The notes under the pieces: model-generated
Told to the model about the DNA's origin: nothing
Databases searched by the model: none
What the model saw: the letters and a program-made list of their open reading frames with translations, nothing else
Shown here: piece after piece, positions 55,276 through 64,000 of the stretch
How the letters are laid out: every line of letters begins with the position of its first letter
How positions within the stretch are numbered: the first letter of the stretch is position 1
Assembly (NCBI RefSeq): GCF_004010195.1
Contig: NC_057756.1
Location: 2,668,776 to 2,732,775 of the forward strand
Length of the DNA: 64,000 nucleotides
DNA from: Chiloscyllium plagiosum
Lineage: Eukaryota
Direction: 5' to 3'
Translations under genes and position numbers: made by a program

Positions 55276-56559
55276 GTGAGAACTCTGACACAATGTAACA
55301 ATGCAGTGGCAATGACAACTAAATGTGATTTATAGGGAAACGTTAAGTCTCTTCAAGAGTGATGGAAATGAACCAATAAAAATGGAGGTGTGCTGTCGTG
55401 TAAAGAAGCATAATGCTAAAAAAGAAGTCTTGTTTATCTTATCTCCGAATGTTAAACTCGTTATGTAACATCAAAGACATATTGAGGATCTGCCTGACTT
55501 CTAATAACGTGCCTGATCGTTAACTACAGTAAATTAAACAATGCTACAACATTGTCAGATATCACAAACACGCAGGAAACGTTGCATTTATGCAGTCATT
55601 TGAAACTCTTTGCAGTATCCCTCATAGGTATACTGGTCTCTTACTCCAAATATGTAGCAGAATTAAATTTTTTGCTAATTGTCTACTTCAAATACAATAA
55701 CTAACATTTGTCTTCCCTCAAATAAAGATCAAAATAAATAGATCATTTTAATCAGGCTGCTAAAAACCACTTTACATTTTAAATTTGTCCATCCACTAAT
55801 GCCACCCTCTAAAACATTAATCACAGAAGCAAGAGGGCCTCAGTCATGAAAAGCAACTCAGCCCTATCCTCCACTTGTTGTGCATCAACGGACAACGCAG
55901 TTTGCTCTGAGTTAATACTGCTATCTCAGAACACCAGTGCCCCGGGCACAGTTCTAGGTTTGCTCATTTCTCTGCGTGGAGCTTGCCTATTTGTTTCTAA
56001 CTGTATGACACCCTTTGAGTTACATTCATCCCCATGACAAAAATTACTCATATCCCGATGCATCTCATATTCTGTGCTCTTACCTGTTTTTAAAGCTTAT
56101 TTTAAGAGAAACTGCACTCATCTATTACACGAAGTGTTGTGAAAACTAAAGCACATCTCCATTAACACTTCATAGCTTTTAATGTTCATAATCTATGTCA
56201 TGCAACATTGTCTTTCTGGCACGTGCAATTCTAGTTGATGCATTAGTAAGTTAAAAAAAATGTTCTGGCAGGTGTAAGCAGAAAGCATTCAGGATTAAAA
56301 AAAATGATAAAACAATTGATGTCAGTAACTTTTGTTCAATAGAAAGTGAGAAAATTTAATGATGATAGAAATCAACAATAATTAAACAAACGTCTAAATA
56401 TATATTGCAATAAGGTGAAGAGGAGAAAGAAGTCGTCGATCAACTCAATAACATGAAATAAAAAAGTCTAAATTCTCTTCAATAATGAGAACTGCATCCA
56501 GTTCCCTGACTATTTGATAGAGCCGAACATTGTTCAAGATTCTGTTTTTCCCTTTGCAG

Positions 56560-56580
56560 ATTACGAAGCCAAAGAATATA
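56560..56580 (+). pseudogene. Dead D-type micro-exon D5, DYEAKEY
   Basis: tttttccctttgcag|ATTACGAAGCCAAAGAATATA|ggaact; donor GT>GG. Confidence 0.6.
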
Positions 56581-57014
56581 GGAACTTTATGTGCAGTGAC
56601 TAGATTTTGCAGTAACAGGATTGCTCACAAAAAAACACACAAAAGATTGTTTTGAACGTGTGTAGGGATTTATATATAATGTATGTTTTCTGTGTACATT
56701 CAGTTGTAGCAACTCCGTGATTCTAAAGCTGTACAGAAAGCCAGAGATGAATTTGATCATGGATTGAAGTTGGAATTTGAGAGAGTGATATAGTTTAAGT
56801 GTGAATCAAGTAGTGCTTAATTGCGTTGCTGTTCTGGTGTCCAATTTGCACATTTAAATTCTATTTGCCAATAATATGGGTATGTGTCATGATTAGCAGC
56901 CAACATAAGTTTTCATCGCTCTTGTCAATGATTATGGTTAACTGAAAAAAAAATCAAGGAATATTAAAAGAAAGAAATATACAACGCTAAATGTTTTACT
57001 AATTTATTCTACAG

Positions 57015-57035
57015 ATCTGAAGAAGTGTCAAGAAG
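57015..57035 (+). CDS. 21-nt micro-exon C5, DLKKCQE
   Basis: ttttactaatttattctacag|ATCTGAAGAAGTGTCAAGAAG|gtgaga. Confidence 0.8.
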
Positions 57036-57379
57036 GTGAGACTGGTTGACTCAAAACATGTATTTTTTTGAATGGACGCACGTATATGCAATTAACATCA
57101 AATGCATTCGGCCGAGACTAAATGACAGATCACATTCCTGAACGTGTTTCCACAAAAAAACAGTTATTGGTAACATAATATTTTACACTGAGATGGTTAG
57201 CCGAATTGGGGGAAAACATATATGCTATGCTGTACTAGACTGAATCATAAATTCCATGTTTCTTGTGTGAATAAATGTAAAATCAGAATTCCAGAGGGAA
57301 TGCATTTATAAATCTCATTGTGGCCAGCTCATTGACGGGGTAGTATGTTTCAGGTCGTAGTAAAATCATTCTAGTCAAT

Positions 57380-57698
57380 TCTGAAGCAGAGGACACAGGT
57401 TAAAAATAAGGGGTAGGCTATTTAGAACATAATTGAGCAGAAACGTCTTCACCCAGAGAGTGGTGTGTGTGTGTGGAATGCTCTGCCCCAGAAGGCTGTG
57501 GAGGCCAAGTCTCTGGATACTTTCAAGAAAGAGTTGGATATAACTCTTAATGATAAAAGAATCATGGGTTATCGGGATAAGGCAGGAACAGGATACAGAT
57601 TGAGGATGATCAGCCACGATAGTAAAGAATGGTGGTGCTGCCTCGAAGGGCTGAAAGGCCTACTCCTGCACCTATTGTCTATTGTTTATTGTTTATTG
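57380..57698 (+). mobile_element. CR1 LINE 3' end (different subfamily)
   Basis: RGHRLKIRGRLFRT..FTQRVV / VWNALPQKAVEAKSLDTFKKELD; tail ctattgtctattgtttattg. Confidence 0.85.
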
Positions 57699-58170
57699 AC
57701 GACATATCGAATTGCCAGGATAATTTCCCAAATTTACACCACAGTCCGTCTATTTTGGGAATTCAATCTCAGGTAATTTGATAGTTAGAAGAGTGTCGGA
57801 TAATGTACATTTTCGAAAGTGCTGAAGGAGTGTACAAATGATTGCATTCCACCAACAATTATCACATCAAACATTCTGATAACCTTCGTGTATCTCTCAT
57901 CACAGACACGACTCTCAAAAATGCATGTCAGGCACAATACACAGATAGCGAACCCTATCATCCGTATCACTCATCTCAATTACTCCTTCTCCTCGGTAGT
58001 CACCTAGAGAGGACCTCTTAAAATGCAAATGACAAGGTACGTGAAAAATTCAGACAAGGGAAAACACTTGCCATTGGGCATAAGAAGAATTTCGTCTTGC
58101 ATCAAATAAAGACATAGACTCCAAAATAAATTACTCTGTTCATTTCCATAGTAAGCTGTTAGCAAATTCT

Positions 58171-59034
58171 CATTGAGGAACTCAATTATCCAAATATCAA
58201 TTATCTGAATATCAGATTTCCCAAATGAGATCTTGAAATCCTGACAGATACATAACGTCAAAGAGCTGTTTCGACCCTGATCGTGTCTTTTATCTACAGC
58301 TACAATGAGTAAAAACAGACTCAGCTCACTGAAAAGTTGCCAAAAGCAGTCCTGGATAGTCCAGGCACTGCCTCCAAATAACTAACATCCTGCCCTCTAA
58401 CTCTCCATCCATTCATTCCTGTAGTTCTAGACAGGGGTGTACTGTAAACTCCGCCTTCCCCAAATAATTTCTCCAACATGGTCCCGTACAGGGCAAAGGT
58501 GGAAACTGTCAAAAAGTTGCAGACAAAAAGTTGTGTGTTTGCGTCCGTGTGTCCGTGAGCGCACACACGTGTTTGGAGACTTACTCGACAAACGCAGCAG
58601 CAGTCTTAATGTTGGTGTACAGTCTGGCTGCACCGGGGGATGAAGGGGTTGGGGTCAGACGGTTTGCAGGGGTGGAGTGGGTTTGGACGCTGGGTGGAGG
58701 TTCACTGGACGCGGGGTTGACGTGGACAGGGAAGCGGGAATAGACGGGGTTTGGGGTGGCTGGGGTTGGGGCGGGGCGAACAGGGTTTAGGGGAGGGGTG
58801 GGACCAGAGGGATTTGTGAGGCAGACGGGGAGCGGGTTTGGAGTGGGCGGGGGTGCAGACAGATTATTGGGGTACAGAGTTTAGGACAGGGGTGGGGGCT
58901 AGTGATTGGTATGCTGCTGCCTCATCTCCTGAACGGGGAGCAGACTTCACAGAAACCTCCGAGCCCCAGGGGAAATTGATTATTCTGAGGAAACAGTGCC
59001 CACCCATTTCGTTTGGATAATCGAGGTTCTTCTG
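58171..59034. mobile_element. Non-autonomous Tigger/pogo-like DNA transposon with internal G-rich tract
   Basis: Imperfect terminal inverted repeats gaggaactcaattatccaaa / tttggataatcgaggttcttctg; insert is absent from paralogous modules. Confidence 0.6.
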
Positions 59035-59661
59035 CACACTCTCATTGAATCAGTGATATGGAGAATAACCCAACGGCATACTAAGCACATGTTCACTGCT
59101 CTTATGCTTGCAGTTTATGAAAATGGTAAATCTGCGTATTCACCATCCCTTCAATCTGACGAAAATGATTTTAGGTACATTTTGTTTCGAAATTCCGCTC
59201 CCACTTCCAATTTGCCATTTACCATCTAACCAATTATTTAATTTCGCACGCCCAATTCATTGTAACAATTATGCTATTTCACCAAGATTTCTTTCTTCAT
59301 CATCTATTTCGAGAGAAGTTGTAAATGCAGAGGATCTGATGTGTCCAAAATTATCCATTAGGAAATCCTTTTTATTCTTTTTTTCGTAACAATGAAATGT
59401 GTGAGCCCCGATCTCCCAATTCACTTTGGTTTGGTTTGTTTTTAGCAAGCAGTCTCTTTGAAGCTAATGGTAAAAAAAAATTAGCTGGGTATCCAAAGTA
59501 ATAGTCTAATGCTGATCCTCTTGCTCTCTGAAGTTTCTCTTGTAAGACCCTACTTGTGTTATCTTCGAGGAGAAAGTGAGGTCTGCAGATGCTGGAGATC
59601 AAAGTTGAAACTTTATTGCTGGAACAGCGCAGCAGGTCAGGCAGCATCCAGGGAACAGGAG

Positions 59662-59697
59662 ATTCGACGTTTCGGGCACAGGCCCTTCTTCAGGAAT
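59662..59697 (-). ncRNA. Minimal type I hammerhead ribozyme motif
   Basis: Exact reverse complement of 59817-59852. Confidence 0.75.
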
Positions 59698-59816
59698 GAA
59701 GAAGGTTAGATGGTAAATGGCAAATTGGAAGTGGGAGCGGAATTTCGAAACAAAATGTACCTAAAATCATTTTCGTCAGATTGAAGGGATGGTGAATATG
59801 CAGATTTACCATTCTC

Positions 59817-59852
59817 ATTCCTGAAGAAGGGCCTGTGCCCGAAACGTCGAAT
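59817..59852 (+). ncRNA. Minimal type I hammerhead ribozyme motif
   Basis: ATTC CTGAAGA A GGGC CTGT GCCC GAAAC GTC GAAT: core CUGANGA and GAAA, stem II GGGC/GCCC, palindromic ACGT stem III, GUC cleavage triplet, stem I ATTC/GAAT. Confidence 0.75.
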
Positions 59853-60879
59853 CTCCTGTTCCCTGGATGCTGCCTGACCTGCTGCGCTGTTCCAGCAATA
59901 AAGTTTCAACCTACTTGTGATATGTTCTTCTCTGTGCCAAGAGGGTGTTCATGGAGATATTGCAATTGTTTCGAGCAAAATCATTTTGTAGTTATAGAAT
60001 TAAGTGCTATTTTTCGGGTCAGTTATCTCATTTTCTATTCTGTTCACTTTTGTTCATGTGCAGATGAATTCTGTTTTTTTGAAAGCAGACGGGTTTGACG
60101 AGCTGCTCCGCTCCTGCCCAATCCACTCGACTCCTACTAAAAACACCGAGAAGATTTAAGAATTGTTTTAAGGATGTCGGGCCTAGTCCATAACAACATT
60201 ACACTCAGTTTACAGAAACCCTAAAATAATTTCTCGTCTGCAATACCTAATCCTTACACAGCATACTGTACTCCTCACTCTTCTGGCAACCAATGCTCGC
60301 ACCTACAACCAGACTGACTAAGCCAACTACACCATTACAACATCACTCCTTCTTCCAATCTGGCTCAATATGAATAGAATAATCTGATTAGGAATACAAA
60401 CTATTCAAGCCCACATACGTGCAGAAAATATTTGTCACCCATTTAGTATACAAAAATGAATTTCTGATTTTCTGCCAAGAACAATTTTTAAAAATAAATT
60501 AATTAAGATCTGTTTAACGTTCGTTCAAAGCAGAAGGAAAAAATCGAGAAATGTGTTGACTATTTGGACACTCTTCGCAACCTGCCAGCAAAAGTCTGGA
60601 GCTTTCTGACTGGGAGGAGTTCTGAAATGGACGAGCAAGCCATGATATTTTGAATACCATGGGGAGGAATGTACTGTAATCTCTGAATGAATTCCCTTTT
60701 TGAATGTTGTTCAGACTTTTGTTGAATAATTAGTGGCGGTATGTTGGTCCATTGGGGACTTCATGAAGTGAGAGATATTGTGCCAATATATTCTGCATAA
60801 TATTTGAATTGAGACGTGAGTGGAGTTAAGAAACATAAACAGAAAACTAACTCAGCCGTTTTGTATTATTTAAAATTGA

Positions 60880-61725
60880 TGATTTGCTGACAATGAAGAA
60901 GGTAGTTGAAGTGAACAACGGGGTCTTGATGAGCGGAGCCAATGTGCAGAAGACTGGTAGATCCCATTTCATTTAGAACTATTCTGGGACTGCATTTGGT
61001 TAAGGCAACCAGGAGATGACTTACCCAGTTAATTGCCGGCCTTGGTGAGTGTTGTCAAACAGAGAGTTCGAGTATTCAGGTCACGGTTCCTTGTAAGTGT
61101 GTCATCAATGGACAGGGTGGTGAAGAAAAGGTTTGCCACTCTTGCCTTCATTGATCAGAGCATTCCATTTTGTATTTTGGTAGGTATTGGCGAGAACATA
61201 TTTGGAGTACTGCACACAGCCGTGCTTTTGACTAAAAAAATTAAATTGGATAGTGTGCGGAAGCATATATTCAAAGGCTTCTGATACGATTTGAGGATCT
61301 GAGATTTAAGGAGAGATTGAATTGATGAGGCTATATTACATTGGAAATGCAAGGTGACTGTTGGTAAGATGCAAGCATATAAATCCAACAATGGAGTAGA
61401 CGAGGTAATTGATCAAGTTTTCTTTTCCTCCCTTCGCGTGGACAACCTCGAAATTGGAGGGAAACGTTTTAATTTGAGAGGGAAGATATTTAAAATATAC
61501 CTGAGGGGCGACATTTTCATGAAGTGGGCATTGTGGAGATGACCTTAACTGATTTCGAAACTGATAGATGCAAATCGAGTTACAGCATTTGAAGACTTTT
61601 GGACGAGTACATGAATACGAAAGATTTAGGCCATACATTTTCAAATATGAGCAGTTTCGAATGAGAAGCCTGGTTGAGATGGAAGCGTTAGACTGCAGGA
61701 TATGTTTTCCTTGCTGTATGCCTCC
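60880..61725 (+). mobile_element. Old CR1 fragment upstream of exon A5
   Basis: VSSMDRVVKKRFATLAFIDQSI, tttggagtactgca, CR1 3' UTR. Confidence 0.72.
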
Positions 61726-61818
61726 CGGACTCGCCAGTGATTTATGTGATGTTGTTAATTGAATTTGTTTCCATTGCAACATGTGATTGCATTTAGTGTT
61801 CCATTGCATTTTTTTCAG

Positions 61819-61839
61819 ACCTTGCAAATGAAAAGACTG
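61819..61839 (+). CDS. 21-nt micro-exon A5, DLANEKT
   Basis: ttgcatttttttcag|ACCTTGCAAATGAAAAGACTG|gtgagt. Confidence 0.78.
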
Positions 61840-64000
61840 GTGAGTCTACTTACTTTCGAAATGCTGAGACTATCCTGTCGTGACCTTAATCGCCACAATG
61901 CTGCTGAGACGCCAATGACACAGAATTTTATTATAGTTTGCGTGTGTTGAAAATAGTTGCAATACACACGTACTTATTTCAAACCCAAGGATAAGACAAT
62001 ATTGCATGTCGTATTTTGTTGCGAAAGGAGAATAATCACTGATGTTATCATAGATTTGAGAAACAAGCATGACAAGTAACACTATTTGGGATACGTAAAA
62101 GTTTTTATGTAAACTGAAGTGAGGCATTTTGTTTCAAAGGAAAAAAAAAGTTACACAAACGCTTTGTCTTTGTTCTCCATGAAGACACCGAAATGAGGAA
62201 TGCACACCAAGCCACAGGGGACGAACAACTTTTTTTTTACCGTGAAGAAGAACAAATGACAATTTTAACGTGAATAGGAAAGCTACAAATTTATAGCTAT
62301 TAATTCTGTACAACGGCACATCATTGCAATTGAGCAGAAATACTGAACATTCGAAATTTGCATGAAAAGAAAAATGGAGAGTGGAGATAAACGTCAGACG
62401 TACAGAAAAGATTTTTAAATAATCGCATGTGCGTTAGTTGATATTTAAACTACCGAAACTGGTGAACAGAATGGAAAGAAAAATGGCTGCTTTGTTGCAA
62501 ATATACTGAGAATAAATCAACAATGATTACAGGGACCACAGTAAGGAGATACACGTAACATGACTATAATATGAGATTAAGAGATCTATTAGTAGAAATA
62601 AGTGTAAGGGTAAAATTTATTTTCCAAAGAAATGCTCTCTGGTTTGGTCTTTAAACTTTGAACATATAGACACTACTGTTCTGATCGTTCTAATCAAACA
62701 CTTGGCATTTCCAAAATCTCTATATTTGAGTTTATAATGAGGACAAAGTTCACGAACAAAATAGTTTAATGGAAATACATGAATTCCTTGCGAGTCGCAA
62801 AATTAAAAATGTAACTGTTTAAGTGGTGCAGAGAACGTCAATGGAAACAAACATTCAGCAAAGAAGATGAGCAATATACTTGAATGCCCTTGATACGTGT
62901 CAGGTTTCAAAAGTCAAAAACAAGTTAACCCCAACTGACGACAAAAGGTTAACTAACAACACCTGATGCAGAAAATATTAGGTAATAACGTTGTGACAAA
63001 AAAGGCAATTGTCAAGTGATTTAGAAAAGATCGTGGAAAAGAAATAGACCAAAAGATGCTTTATCAAACTAAATTAGGAGTTACATAACGGGTTCTGTTT
63101 GGTGAAACTCGAATAATTCAGACGAGTGGCGTTATCTCTTTAAAATTCTCTTCCTGAACTCCACCACTCACCAGGGTGGAGATTCTTGTTTTGGTGAATT
63201 TATTCCAGTGGAATACCTGGCCGTTCAATTGGTTGCTTTTTCACGTTTAGTTTGCGGTTTATATTCCTAATGGCATATGCACCTCAGTGTTATTTCCACT
63301 CACTATCCAGGACCACCTTATTTATTATGTTCCACAGTTTGCTTGAAAGTTGCTGTATGCAAATCCACATTCTTCATGTTCCATCTTTCGTACACAAACG
63401 ATCCAAAGAGACGTGGGAGCAAAACTGATGACAACATTTTGACAATAACATGCAGATTACAAACAAATGCAATGCATGGCCACCTATGACAGTCGGTTTC
63501 TATGATAATTGTCTTGACATGTTATGAATAATTCAAGGTGTATCGCCAAACAAACCTTCAGCACTGGTCTGACCTTTAGAAGTTGTATAATCTCAAGAGG
63601 TGTAACCATTGTAACATACGTTGTTGGGAAATATGGGGCAAAGATGGAAAATTATTAATCTAGTCGATATAGAATGCTACGTGATGGTGCAGTCTGACAG
63701 TTACAGTTACGCTTGTACTGCAACATTGATGATTGTGATAACTTGTGATGAAATGTTTGGTGCATTTAATACATTTGCCTTTTAATGAAGTTTGCGATCG
63801 CTGGACGATCAGAAAGAATGCAACAAACTTGATCTGTAATAAAAAAAATCAAGTCGCTCAGTCAACGAATACTTTGGAAGGCCTTCAGCAGTCCAAAATA
63901 ATAAATGTCAAGTTCGTCCTGCAAAGCTATTAAATGACGTCAGTGTTAGCATTCGTTTAATTTGTTGGTCTTCCTTGTTATGATAATGTTTGAACTTAGA

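Larger units (their letters stand above)
59567..59909. mobile_element. Young Penelope insertion: inverted terminal repeats around captured host DNA, 18-bp TSD
   Basis: About 59603-59699 and 59815-59910 are near-perfect inverted repeats; TSD CCTACTTGTG(T/A)TAT(C/G)TTC at 59549-59566 and 59910-59927. Confidence 0.88.
59261..60195 (+). mobile_element. Solo-LTR-like element hosting a Penelope insertion
   Basis: TGTAACA...CCATAACA termini; 3' end matches the reverse complement of 7735-7775. Confidence 0.5.
1..64000 (+). repeat. Old tandem segmental duplication, about 5 diverged copies of an exon B-D-C-A module with its introns
   Basis: Homologous non-TE intronic anchors recur in the same order: GAATCCT block near 9361, 16503, 35801, 54597; C-exon flanks at 12968, 21937, 28841, 46669, 57015; A-exon flanks at 1571, 24929, 31406, 51603, 61819, each A preceded by the same old CR1 fragment. 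Confidence 0.88.

Noticed and set aside
1571..61839. Assigning a gene symbol (BTN, BG, ERMAP, MOG)
   Set aside because: Only the exon architecture is similar; no Ig, transmembrane or B30.2 exon is visible in this window.

Overview
This is AT-rich vertebrate genomic DNA, most likely from a shark (inferred from HE1/V-SINE-like SINEs, CR1 LINEs and Penelope-like elements). No long intact ORF exists; the supplied ORF track is almost entirely transposon debris or noise. The main signal is a plus-strand array of 21-nt, phase-1/phase-1 micro-exons. There are 18 positions in four types (A, B, C, D), each sitting in homologous intronic flanks that were tandemly duplicated about 5 times. Ten have canonical CAG...GTRAG splice sites and splice into an open, charged heptad repeat: xLENERI-KFRKYQE-EHADKEA-DLKKCKD-DLENERI-DMKKCKE-DLTNKKI-DFRKCPK-DLKKCQE-DLANEKT. 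The other eight have weak or destroyed splice sites, stops or indels. One heptad per 21-nt exon resembles the coiled-coil tails of butyrophilin/BG/ERMAP-type genes, but the host gene cannot be identified because its other exons lie outside the window. The introns hold a near-full-length decayed CR1, many CR1 fragments, SINEs, LTR-like inserts, a Tigger-like element and a Rex1/Babar fragment. They also hold at least three families of Penelope-like elements whose terminal repeats carry minimal hammerhead ribozyme motifs, several with intact cores. All alignments were done by eye, so repeat boundaries are approximate.
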